The position numbers were made by a program, and so were the translations under genes. The notes beneath the pieces were generated by a model. The model was not told the origin of the DNA, ran no database searches, and saw only the letters and a program-made list of their open reading frames with translations. From the NCBI GenBank assembly GCA_001179505.1, contig CDMY01000656.1, forward strand, positions 186,001-250,000: a DNA stretch of 64,000 bases, written 5' to 3'. Shown in pieces: positions 1-11,434 of the stretch. Position 1 is the first letter of the stretch; every line of letters starts with the position of its first letter. Source of the DNA: Vitrella brassicaformis CCMP3155. Lineage: Eukaryota; Protista; Chromerida.

Positions 1-286
1 TCGTCCTCGCCCAGCAGCGCCGCAAACGGGTCTACATACAAACAAATACACAGACGCACACATTCCTGCGCCGGTTTGCCATCCCCTGTCCTGTTCCATC
101 CGTACCGTCCTCGTAGCTGGCGTATGGGACGTGCTCGCCCTCCCGGCTGACCCTGTAGATCAGCCGGTCGTCCTCGTACAAATATCGGCCGACCTGCCGA
201 TATACGGGCTGCCCCTGCGGAACAGGGGCAGCCGCAGCCGCAGCCGCAGCGAAGGCGGCAGACGCTGGCTCGCCCCGCTGGCTCAT
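1..286 (-). CDS. 5' part of a hypothetical protein gene that runs off the window start
   Basis: ORF 32..286 (MSQRGEPASAAFAAAAAAAAPVPQGQPVYRQVGRYLYEDDRLIYRV...) looks protein-like and is followed by a TG-rich intron-like tail. No recognisable domain. Confidence 0.5.
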
Positions 287-637
287 CTACACCCAGGAAC
301 ACACACACATCCACAGATACACATTGATACCGACGGAGAGGACCTGCAGGTGTGACATCTGACGGCCGTTTTCCCCTCCCTGCTATCCTGCCTCCTTCCT
401 TCTCGAGGCCCCCTGGTCTGCCCTGCCGTTCGTGTGCATCTGAATGAGGGCGCGGAGTGGACAGGAAGCGACGCGTCGTAGCCTACCGTGTGACGCTGTG
501 CTGTTGCGGTTCTCGTCCTTCGTCAATTCTCTTGAAACTCAGAAGGAAGGGGCGTGGAAGAAGGATTGTGTGAGCCGCTTGTGTTTCGGTCGTCACAATT
601 TCGAAATCGGAAAATTCCGTCTCTGTCTCTCGGCCCC

Positions 638-646
638 AAGCTCGCA
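638..646 (+). promoter_or_regulatory. AAGCTCGCA upstream motif
   Basis: Sense-strand copy ending 70 nt before the ATG at 717. Confidence 0.55.
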
Positions 647-716
647 TCTCGCCGGGCCCCATTTTAAGGCCAGAATTCAGGGCAGAGAATCCCCGTATGA
701 GCGGAATGTCGGCCGT

Positions 717-3187
717 ATGAGCGTGCCGAGCGACGGGAACACGGCCGCCTGCGATGGAAGAGGGCCAGGTGAGGGCTCGGAGGAGGCGAGAGGCAAGCAA
801 GTGGAGATCTTGACGAGGCAAGTCGAGGAGCTGCAGAGGAAGCTGAAAGGGGACACACTGGCGGACGAAAACGACGTACGTCGGGCACAAAACAACAAGA
901 AGAAGAAATCGCGGAACTTACAGCTTCTCTTCTACATGTATCTGTGTGTGTTTTCTCTATCTCTCAGGCGTTACGTTGCCAGATCTTGCAGATCCAGGAG
1001 GACTGGCACGCTGCCCAGGACACCTTCATCACGCTGCAGTCGGTAAGCGCACCGCCCACGCAGCCACAACGAACGCACCCAGTTGACATACTATCTGGAT
1101 CCCCTCTCTCCATCTCACAACGTGCAGAGCCTTCACAAACAGATTGCCCAGCTGACGCACGAGTGGGCCTGCCATCGCCAGCACAGGCCGACAGAAGACC
1201 AACTGTACTCTGTGTCTGTGTCTGTGTCTGTGTGTGTGTGGTCAGGTTGTCGCGTGAGCGTGATGAGAAGGAGCAGGCCGAGTGCAGGGTGCTCTTCTTG
1301 GAGGACCGTGTGAAATTCGCTGAGGACCAGCTGCGTGTCATCGTCGAGCGACTGCGGTGTAAGTATGCCACGTGTGTGCATGTCCGCCCGCCCGTCCACA
1401 CCACACAACTGCTTGCCTTGCCTTCCTCCTTATTCTCTCCTCTCCCCCGTCAGGCGACTTGGCAACGCGTGACGCGACGATTCAGTGTCTGGAGCTGCGG
1501 CTGGGCACCGGCAGCCACATCCCAGGCCCTCCGCCGTTCAACGCGGCGGCATCTGCGTCCTTCCCGCCATCGTTCCCGCCGCCACCAGCACCACCTAATG
1601 TGCACGAGCCGCCAGGCATCTCACCAGCACACGCACTGGATGTGCTTGTGTGTGTGTGTGTGTGTGCAGAGCCAGAGTGACAAGACGAGCAGTAGCGGGA
1701 ACTCGCCAATGAGCGACTCGGCCGACAAGGGGGCGGAGGGGGAGGCAGGCAGCAAGGAGAGAGAGGGCAGCAGCGGCAAAGAGGATGGCGGCCATGCCGA
1801 AGGCGAGAAGTTGACGGACTACCAAAAACTCCAGAGTATGATCAGTGGGGCACGTGATTGATGGATGGATTGATATTTGCTTGGTTGGTGCGGTTCATTG
1901 TCAGAGATACTCTTTGTGCGTGAGGAGCAGCTGGGCCGCCTGGCCACACAGCTCAACGCCACCAACCTGCAGCTAGATAAGGTCAGTGCAGTGAGCCACA
2001 CACGCCTGTCGGATGTATCCGTGTCTGTCCATCGCCTGTCGTCTGTCTATCTGTCTGTCTGTCTGTCTGTCTGTGTCTTCCTGTCCAGCAAGCTCACGAG
2101 ACGAAGCGGGCGCTCGCGGCCATCGAGCAGCTTCGGAATAAGGTAGGTAGAGACCACAACAGGTCCTCTGTACCTGTGTGTGTGCATCTTCGTGTTGTCT
2201 TTTCCGGCCAACCGGCAGAACATAGAGTTGACACATGGCCTGAGGCGCGAAGCACGAGTGCGCGAAGAGCTAGAAAGACGAACAAGGGTACGGGGCACAG
2301 AAAGACCGACCCGGGAGGATGCATAGCTATGCATCCCACCTGTGTGCTGTGTGTGCAGAAGGTGGGTCGTGCGGAGCAACACATGCAGTACCTCATGAAC
2401 GCGTCCTTCCCCGTCATGCTGCCACTGTACGACTCGTCGCCGCCAAGCGTCCCCCCTGCCCGGCCCCCCTCCCACGCCCGCCCGCCCCCTCCCCCTCTCG
2501 CCGAGTACCCAGCCAACACTCGGCCGGCGGCCATCGACACCAATGGCAGTGGCAACAGCGGGCAGCAGGGGCCCTCACCCACCGCCCCACCCACCGCTTT
2601 CCTGTAAGTCTGCCAAATTTCGGATCGATGGATGGATGGATGGGTGTTTACATTCATTCAGCATCCCGCCACACGAGTTCCTGGCGGCACTGAGGGCCGA
2701 GGTGGAAGCCCTGCGCGACCAGGTGGACAGGCAGGCGAGACCTGCACCCGCTCAGGCTCAGGCGCCCCCACCGCTGGCCCACACGCCTCCTTCGTGCGTG
2801 ACGCGGCTGACACGGTCCGACACGATGGAGGAGGGAGAGAGGGAGGGCGATGGAGAGGTGGACGACGGCCCCTCATCGGCGCCGAGCCAGGTCACTCACC
2901 ACGGTCAGCATGAGCAGCCGGCCGACCCAGCCCTGATGTCGTCACGCGTCGTAGAGGAGCAGACCCATGGAGCAGAGTACACACGTAACGGCTGCACCTA
3001 TGGCGGTGGCTCTGGCGATGGCGATGATGATAGTGGCGAGATCGACACAATAGAGGTGACGCTGCTGGCCAACGTGGCTGTGGACGTCCGCGAGGAGATC
3101 GATGTGTGCCCTTTGCAGCGGCCTGGAGAAGGGCATAGGCAGCCCGGGGACAATCACGGGGAGGGCAGGCCGATCGATGGCGGCTGA
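717..3187 (+). CDS. multi-exon coiled-coil hypothetical protein
   Basis: Starts MSVPSDGN. Heptad-like exons (EILTRQVEELQRKLK, EQAECRVLFLEDRVKFAEDQLR, EEQLGRLATQLNATNLQLDK, LRAEVEALRDQV) are separated by GT-AG microsatellite introns. Acidic C-terminus ends at TGA 3187. Confidence 0.7.
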
Positions 3188-3430
3188 TGGGGTAGACAGA
3201 CAGATGGACAAACAAACAACCGGATGAGCGGATTGATGACAGTTTGTCCGCGTGTCCTAGGGTACATGTCCGCTGGTAATCTTGTGTGAGGCCGGGGGGG
3301 AGGGTGCGCCTGCTTGTACATGGCTGGAACTGGACCGACCTTGCCGATCAATCCATGATGGCTAGACCGACCTTATAGCGATGATAAATATGACATCATT
3401 CATGCATGCCGCGGCCAGGAAGGAGCGTAG

Positions 3431-3437
3431 GCTCGCA
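3431..3437 (+). promoter_or_regulatory. GCTCGCA upstream motif
   Basis: Sense-strand copy ending 48 nt before the ATG at 3486. Confidence 0.5.
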
Positions 3438-3485
3438 GACGAGTGAAGCGCCCTTCCCCTCTGACCAAAAGTGGTCTTCCACGCG

Positions 3486-6400
3486 ATGTCGATACCCAAC
3501 GATTATTCAAAATGGGACAATCTCGATGACAGCAGCGATGAAGATGAGCCGTCTGCGAAAAGGCAACGGCAGGATGGAGGTCAAGCGTCAGCAGCAGCGG
3601 CAGCGGCAGCGGCATCAGCACAGGCACCGTCCGTGGGTCTCCCTACCGTCGTGCGGCAGGTGGGCAAGGCAAGCAACGGGAACGGAGCGAATCAAGGGAT
3701 CTCTGCAACAGTCAGGCTCACAGTGCGTGTGTCTGTCTGTCTGTGTCCGTCCCCAGGATGACGTTGAGGATGTGCGACAGCTGCAGGCTGAGCTGAGGCG
3801 AATGAAATCCGCTCACTCACAGGTACCTACTTATCTGCTGCAGCGATGAACCACCGCTCACATGCATGATCTTTTCTGTATCGATCTTTTTGCCATTTGG
3901 TCTCAGTTTGTGGGTCGGTTCTACAGGGCGCGGCAGCACATGACGCCTGCCGTCGCAACCCAGGTGCCTGGTGCCGCTGGCGGATTCTCTTTCCTGGAGC
4001 AGAGCATGCTTTCGGCGTCGGGTGCACTCGACGACTTGAGCGACCTGTTCAGCGACGTGAGGTACCATCCAGACCCGCGGACTCGTCCAGGACCGTCGAC
4101 GCTGCCAACACCACTGCCCCAGCCTGTTGGCAGGGGAAACCCCCGCACAAGGGCCGGGCAGTCAACAGATCAGGTAGGCTGGCCTCGCACAGATCACAGG
4201 GTGCCGGAAAGGTATCACACCAGTCATTCATGTCAAGTGTTGTTGGTGCCTGGCTGCCTATCAGGAATATGGACTTCCGTGCCTCGATGGGCTGCCGCCC
4301 GATGTCGTCACGAGCCTGCTGGCCCTCTTTAGCACCAAGGAAGCCGCGCCACTCGTGTCCGTCAACAGGGCCGTGCGGGGCGACGTCGAGCCCGTCATCT
4401 ATCAACACCTGGTGGTTCCCTCTACGGAAGACCGGTTCTGGCGAAGCCTGAGGGAGACCAGAATGGGGCCATGGGGGTTTGGACCGGCTCCTGAGGACAA
4501 AATACGACGGATCAAGGGCCTCAAGACAAGACTGGTACGCTGACGGGGCGGGCAGAACACGCCAACCAACCACCCAACACTCGAAGCTCCCAACATCCGT
4601 CCTACCGGTATCTGTGACTTGTTGGCTCTGTGTGTATGCAGAGTCAGCTCAAGACGGCCGAGTTGAGTGGCGATGACCTCCACATTGCCTTTCCCATTGA
4701 GTGTGTTGAGTCATCCGCGGCGACGCTCAAGTCACTCACCCTGGGGATCCCGTTTGATGACGAAGAGGAGGAAAGCGACTCGGAGGACATCGACGACGAG
4801 GAAGACGATCCCCTGGACGACTTCTTCGACGGTCCACGGGACGACTTCTTCGACGCTCCACGCACGCGAACGCGACTCGAGAAGCGGCCGAAGGTGCTCG
4901 CTGCAGACACACTGGACACACGCTTTCGATCTAGATGCACTGACGGAGAGACTGACGGCCTTCTGGCTGATGATTGCATCCTGCAGGTGGTCTTCGAGTC
5001 ACTTGACAAGCTACACTTTGACCGCGGCTTCAGCGTCCAGTGGCTGGCGTAAGCCGCAGACACCTACACCTAGACAGGCCCATGAACACTTTGTGTGGTT
5101 CCTGTGGTTTGCTTTGCCTGATGTGATTCCTGTGGTTCCGCAAAAGGAGACGCGCCCAGAACTGGAAGTTCCCCAAGCTCACCACACTGCGGGTCTACGG
5201 GTTTTTCGACTACGAGAGCATCCCTCACCTTTGTGAAGTCATCAAACGGGCAGCACCGACACTCACACACCTGGGTATGTAATGATCCAAACCATACAAA
5301 ACGCCCCTGTTGCGTCGTGTGACTGAGTGTTGTCGAATACATGCAGAGTACCCCCCATACCGATGCTCCAACGACATCGACAAACTCATCTCTGCCTTCG
5401 GCAGGTGCCGCAAGCTCGTCAGGTAAACAGAAACACAGGTGCAGATGATCCGTCTCCCTCTGTCTGTCTGTCTGTCTGTGTGGCTGTGTGTCAGTATCTC
5501 TGGCTTCTTCCCCTGGGCGTCGGCAGACTTCGAGTCACTCAGAAAGGCCCTCGAAAAGAACTGGAACAAGCCAGAGAACAAAGGTGACAGACGACAAACA
5601 AACAAATGGGGAAAAGGACACTCTGCACATCACACATCACGTCCGTCCGGTGCCTGTCTTGCCGTTCTATCGATAGATGCGTCGAAGAAGCTTGTGCTTG
5701 AAGCGCGTGCATTAGTCGATGTGCCCCTGACGTTCTCGGACGGGCCGTCCACCAAGTTGTCCGGCTTCCTCGAGTGGGCCGAGACCAGCAAGTGTGAGGT
5801 GACGTGGACGTTCACACCCGACCGAGACTGCGAGATCGACGAGGGCTTCACGATCGACTGCGAGGAGGCCTACGTGAGAGCACTGCCCGTGGTGGAAGGC
5901 CTTCTGACCAGGGCCGTCAGACAGTGGGCCAGCATGACTGAGGTGGTACGCAAGAGACAGACAGACAAAGAAAGATCGATGATCCAATAACACATACGCG
6001 CTTCTCTGTGCGCGTCAATTAATGACTTGCTCTTTCTTCAGGTGATCATCCAGTGTGGCGGCACTGCCCTGCATCGCTCATGGGCACGGCAGCTGCAATT
6101 CCCGAAGGCGCGCAAGCTCACGGTGACGGGAGTGACGTCCGCCGAGGCGCTTGGCGGCGTGCCCGACTTCCTGACGGGCGACTACGACCTTCCTCGCGTG
6201 ACCGAGGTGCAGATCGAGATGAGAAAGCCATGGGGCCGTCCAAATGCGCGTGGCGGTCGTGTGCCTTTCGGCACAAACAACCTGACCCGTGTGCTCAGCA
6301 CACTGCCGGGCGTCTCGTCGTTGTCGGTGTATGGCTGCCACCACGACTCACTGACTCAGGCAGTTGCCATGTGTGGGGTTGCGTCTGGCGGGGTGGTGGA

Positions 6401-6809
6401 CCATGTCCATCTGCGCGAGATAGACTTTCTGCCCCCCTTTGAGCTGAGCCAGTCGAGTGCAGCGTCAGCTGAGCCAGGGGCAGAGAGTGCTTCTGCCTCT
6501 CCTCCCTCCTCGCATGTCAAGTGCCTACACTTCCATTCCTCAAAAGATTCTTTTTCGTTTGGGTATGGAGAGAGAGTGCCCTTCGTGCAGCCAGTGGTCG
6601 ACAGGTGCATAGACACGACGCTGGCCATACGCCCACTGAGAGCGCAGGTCTGCCTGAGTTCTACGGATCAGGAGACCGATTTGCCATTGCAGTCAGACGA
6701 CCTGTTTCTGCACGTGCAGCGCTCTTTTGCGCGAGTAGAGGCCCACTATGCTCTGGTGCTAGAGCAGCACAACTTTGGCGTCGACGTGGAGCTGTGCAGG
6801 CTATACTAG
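3486..6809 (+). CDS. F-box-like protein with N-terminal Cdc37-like DYSKWD motif (lineage-expanded family)
   Basis: N-terminus MSIPNDYSKWDNLDDSSDEDE, then a short coiled coil. The exon from 4265 reads EYGLPCLDGLPPDVVTSLLALFSTKEAAPLVSVNRAVR (F-box pattern). Acidic exon 4642-5050, further exons to TAG at 6809. Confidence 0.65.
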
Positions 6810-6872
6810 AGAGGGAGGGAGGGTATGCGCGTCTCGAGGCAGTTGGGTGAGATGTTTAGATGTGACGGTGGG

Positions 6873-6922
6873 TCTCTCTCTCTCTCCTTCTCTCTCTCTC
6901 TGAGTGTGTGTGTGTGTGTGTG
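6873..6922. repeat. compound (CT)n(GT)n microsatellite
   Basis: Directly visible between the convergent stops at 6809 and 7042. Confidence 0.9.
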
Positions 6923-7041
6923 CGTATGCACTTTCAAGACTTGCTCGTGCTGCGTGCTGCATGGAGATCAAGAAATGAACACACACGTGGTCAGTCCACA
7001 CCAAAGTCAGTCACGACAGACTCACACATCACACATCACCA

Positions 7042-10000
7042 TCACACACTCCATTTGATCCGCCATCCCGCCAGCCGCACTTTGTCCAGCGGGTCTGGCC
7101 CCCCTAATGGCATCTCGCCCTCACCTTCAGCCGACTGTGGGGGCTGCTCTTGTGGCGGCACGGACTCCTTCTCGCCTTCCGCTGGCCCAGTTGGCTCGGC
7201 TGGGGCTGGTGGCAGGTCGGCAGAAGCCGTCTGTGACCGAAACACAGACGCCCATGGTCGATAGCTGGATCAATCGTGTTGCGTGCTGTGTGCAGGTGCG
7301 CACCTTGGTCTCTGTTTGTCTGCGGACGTGCTCGGCGGCAGCAGGAGTGCCTGAGAATGCATCAGACATAGCGAAAGACACGCCATGGATTGTCTCATAT
7401 CTTCGACATGTCTGTCTCATGCATGTGTGAGTGTCGGTTGCCTTTGAGGAAGAGGAATGCCTTTGGGGGTCCTCTCTTCTGCAGCCGAGACACAAGCGTG
7501 AGACTCTCCACATTCGTGTTCTCCTGCACACACGCAGACAGACGCACGAAGAGACACACAGACGTGCAGCCGTCTGTCTCCGTACTGGTTGTTATGTACC
7601 AGATGTAGCAGCTTGAGACTGCAGTTTCTCCACAGCAGGTGAACAGGCGGCTGTCCCTCGCCCGCAGCCACATTCTCCTCCAGCCTGTCGGCCAGTGGTG
7701 CCAGAAATGACGTCGGGGCTCCCTCACCGCCGGCTGTCTCGTCGTCCTCAATGCCGCTCGAGATAAGCTGGTCGATCGTTGGGGCGGCCTCGTCACTGAA
7801 GATCAGGTAGGTACGGCCACATGCACAAGAAGGCCGTCTACGATTAGTTGCCTTTGGTGTGTGTTCTGCCTGTCTCCCATGCATACGTACGTCTTTCCCG
7901 CTTTTGCCGCGGCGGCTTTGTCCTTTTCCTTTTGTTGCTGGAACGACTGGAGGGTCTTCTGCTGCTCCTTGACCAGCCCTTGGATCGCCTTGAGCTCGTC
8001 AGCTGGCACCACGGTGCACCCTGCAGGGGGCAGGTGCGTGTGTGATGACATCCATCCATCTGTAGCTGCCGTCATGCGTACCGAGGTATTTGGTGAGGTT
8101 CTGCAGCCCCCTGTCGGTGACCGGGTTGCGAGCAAGCAAAAGGCACTCGAGAGTGCGGTTGAAGTAGAGAGCGGTGCCCATGGCCTCACAGCACCGGTCG
8201 TCCAGCCGATTGCCATACAGATTCAGCACCTTTAGCCGCGTGTTGGCCTGCAGCATCTCCACCAAAGGGCCGCTGCACCGGGCATCCAGCCCACAGCTGC
8301 GAAGGCTCAATCGCTATGGCACAAACCAAAGAACAATCAGACCGTTCAAACACATGGATCGCGCACCTCTAGAGTAGCTGTGGGGCTGATGATGTTTCCC
8401 AGGGCCCGCGACCAAGGGTCCACGAAGCTTCCCTCGTCATATGTGGCCATTGTGGCCGCCGCTTCAACAGGCGATGGCACGGCGCATTGCGGGAGGGTGT
8501 CAGTGAGCGGGGCTGGTGGGGGGGAGGGTTTGTCGGAGGGGGTCGGCTCTGGGAGGGACTCCATCGTAGTCACAAACTCATCAAAATCAAGAAAGTTGTC
8601 CTGCGGGAAGGGAGGGACATTGTGGTGCCCGCGCATTATCCTGGTATGATCTTCTCACCTCATTGGTATCGAGGATGGCGAAGCAGAAATGGATGTCATA
8701 CGGAGCAAAGCGCAGCTTATACAGAGCCCTGCACACGAGACACAGAAGGTGTCCCCATCACAAACACAGTGGGCCACTAACTCTGCCGTCCATTCCCTCC
8801 GTACCTGGCAAACTCCTCCCACGATATTTTTCGGTCCTTGTTCAGATCAAATCGGCGGAAAGCCTTCACACGTACACCAACAGACAGCGACACATTTGGT
8901 TCCCATGCTTGCCCGTCCCCCCCTCGTGTGCTGACGTCTTGTAGGTTGGCGCATTTGTCGACCAGCTTCTGTCTAAGCGCCTGCAGTCTCGTGGACTGAA
9001 GTGCGCCTCGCTTCTCTTCATCGAGTTTCTTGACGGCAAGGCGGACCTGCAGGAACCGAACGAAGCAGACGATGGATGGACACAAGCAGGCGGCGCGTCT
9101 CACTTGTTTGTAGTAGTCGCCGGGCAGCCGCATTGGATTCCAATCTGTGCGTAAGTGGCAGAAAGAAAGCACCAACGAACCCAGTGCCTCGTGTGTGAGT
9201 TGTGGTGTCTCTGTCGCATGCACTCGCTGACCGAGATGGAGCGTCCTGATGGTCGATGCGGGCCCCAGCATTCGCCTGAGGATGCGCAGGTGGTAGATGT
9301 CCAAATGGCAGGTGATGAACTTCAACACCCCCAAACAATTCGATATCGGGCACCTATGGTGCGACCAACAAATCCACACTGTGGATGCAGCTGTTCCACT
9401 CCCCACCAGAAAATGCTCACTCACGCGCTGTCTTGCCATCTCTTGGCCATGACTCTGACAAGCACCCCCAGGAGCACCAGCGACTGGATATCCACCTTCA
9501 TGCCGTGCACCCACACACTCTCATACTCGTCCTTCCTCTCCTCCCCCTTGTCCGGCTCATCGTAGGCCGCAAATGGATCGTGCGCTGACCGGCCGGAGGG
9601 ATGGGCCGACACCGGCAGCGGCCCTGCTGCGGGTGTGCCCCAGATATCAGGCTCCTGTCAGACAAACAGGTGGTGAAGCCACGTATGTGTGTTTGTCTGT
9701 GTGTAGTTCCTACAGGATCTGGTGGCCTCAGCAGGTGGGCGGGGGTGGGATAGAACTCCAGATAGGGCAGCGGGGGCCGACACAGAGAGGGATGGGCCGC
9801 GGGGAGGCCGCACAACTCGCAGAGGTTCTCGTAGTCCTCGCGAAACTTGCCCGTCGACTGCATGTACACACACACACATTGACACCCATCGATGGCTATT
9901 CCTCCTTTCTGTTGTGCGTTACCTGAAATTTGGAAGGGGAGCCATCGGCAGATTTGTTGAGCACGCTGCGGAGCGTGTCCTCGAGAGTGCTGATGGCAAG

Positions 10001-10129
10001 CCTCTTGTTCACAGTGTCGGTCCATGCAGGTCTGACGGGCTCAAGGTCCTCTTCGTCTCCATCATGGATATCGCCACCCTCACCATTGGCTGCCAGGTCA
10101 GCCATCCCTTCGTCACCCGCTGGAGGCAT
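7042..10129 (-). CDS. leucine-rich-repeat protein (RI-like, LRRC71-like) with EF-hands
   Basis: Exon 1 MPPAGDEG...SPSKFQ splices in phase 0 to STGKFREDYENLCELCG. LRR units: IRTLHL-DWNP, LSLRSCGLD, LKVLNLYGNRLDD, LECLLLARNPVTD. EF loops: DLNKDRKISWEEF and DNFLDFDEF. Confidence 0.75.
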
Positions 10130-10159
10130 TCTCTTTCGTTCGAGTCAATGGCACCTTTG

Positions 10160-10167
10160 TGCGAGCT
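10160..10167 (-). promoter_or_regulatory. AGCTCGCA upstream motif
   Basis: Minus-strand copy ending 30 nt before the minus-strand ATG at 10129. Confidence 0.6.
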
Positions 10168-10333
10168 GGCATGCGGTGCGTTGGGGGCGCCCCCCATATT
10201 CAGAAGCCGTCTCCCTGAGACAAAGCTGTACCGCAACACATCTGCCAAGCCACACATCATGGTTGGAGGAGTTCAACGTTTTCAACGATACCCAGCGGCC
10301 TCTGAGTCGGTGTCCGTCTCTTCTTGTCTCACC

Positions 10334-11434
10334 ATGCAAACCACGTCCACAACAAGTCAGGACCTGGTGCGAAAGCTGACGCGAGCGGCCGAAAGCTGCG
10401 AGCTGCGGCTCAGCCTCCTTGAGCTCAACGAGGCCGTGAGGCGGAAGTACTCGTACAACTTTGCAACAGAAGCCAAGGAGCCCCAACCGACGGAGGACGC
10501 GCCCCAAGCGGCGAAGGAGAAGGAGACTCCCATGAAGGCGGAGCCCCTGTGGCCCTGGGACGATCCTCAACGCTGGGCGGAAGAGAGCGAGCGCCTGTAC
10601 AAGATCAGAGAGGGACTGCGGATCTTCCAGCAGAAGCAGGAGATCTACCAGCACAAGATCATCGCCGAGGAAGAGATCCGACGCCAGGAGAAGGAGCGGG
10701 CCGAGAAGCGTGGACGTGTCCTGGCGCAGCGGGAGCAGCGCATCATCGAGCCGGGAGCAGCCCCGATGGCAGGAGCAGTGCGAGAGCAGCCCCGATGGCG
10801 GGAGCAGTGCGAGAGTTTCGGTGCGGGCTTCGCCAACGCACTATATGACGCGGTGGTGGTTGGACCGCAAGAGCTGGTCCTTCTCGGCATCGGACTGCTG
10901 CAGAGGCCCCACAACGAGAAGGGCAACAACAAGTACGAGACACAGTGGAGCACCGAGACCACCACGATCGACGAGCATGGCGGCTGTGGATGGGTTTCTG
11001 AGCGCCACGGCGAGGAGGACCAATGCCGCACGACGGCAGGGGGATTTGGATCCGGACGTGTGGCCATGGAGGTCAACGGTTCCCAAAGTGAGACACCAAC
11101 GATGTGTCTCCATCCCTTCCTTACCAATACACCTCTGAATCATGTTTTGATTGTGTCTGTGCTGATTGAATGCAGAGTTTGGACGGGGGAGGCAAGGGAC
11201 TGCCGACAGAAGCGCGGCATTTCCATCTGACAAGGGTAAGTGAGTGAGGCAGCTGAGACGCCGTGTCTCCATCCCCTTCCCCTCCCTCTACACGCCTCAC
11301 TTATCTCTTGGGCGTGTTGGCTGGCTGCAGAGGCCTCCGCTGCTACAGAGGGCCGCCGCAGGTGGACGTTCCCAGTCGCCCACACCGAAGGCCGCCATTA
11401 TCCCCAGCACATGACATTCAACGCCGCTGATTGA
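10334..11434 (+). CDS. hypothetical coiled-coil protein, 3 exons; copy A of a paralog pair
   Basis: Exons 10334-11087, 11176-11235 and 11331-11434 join in frame (918 nt) with GTGAG/GTAAG donors and TGCAG acceptors. The same intron positions occur in the paralog at 40594-41527. Start codon uncertain. Confidence 0.65.
10755..10815 (+). repeat. 29-nt tandem duplication inside a coding exon
   Basis: GAGCAGCCCCGATGGC(A/G)GGAGCAGTGCGA starts at 10755 and at 10784. Confidence 0.9.

Noticed and set aside
3333-3374. GACCGACCTT repeated twice, with nearby ATGATG/GATGAT (box C-like)
   Set aside because: Only two short copies, with no convincing C/D box pair or terminal stem.
9722-11230. 502-aa single ORF in the track
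   Set aside because: Its 5' part is antisense to LRR-gene exons and its 3' end reads through an intron whose position is conserved in the paralog. The 3-exon model from 10334 fits better.
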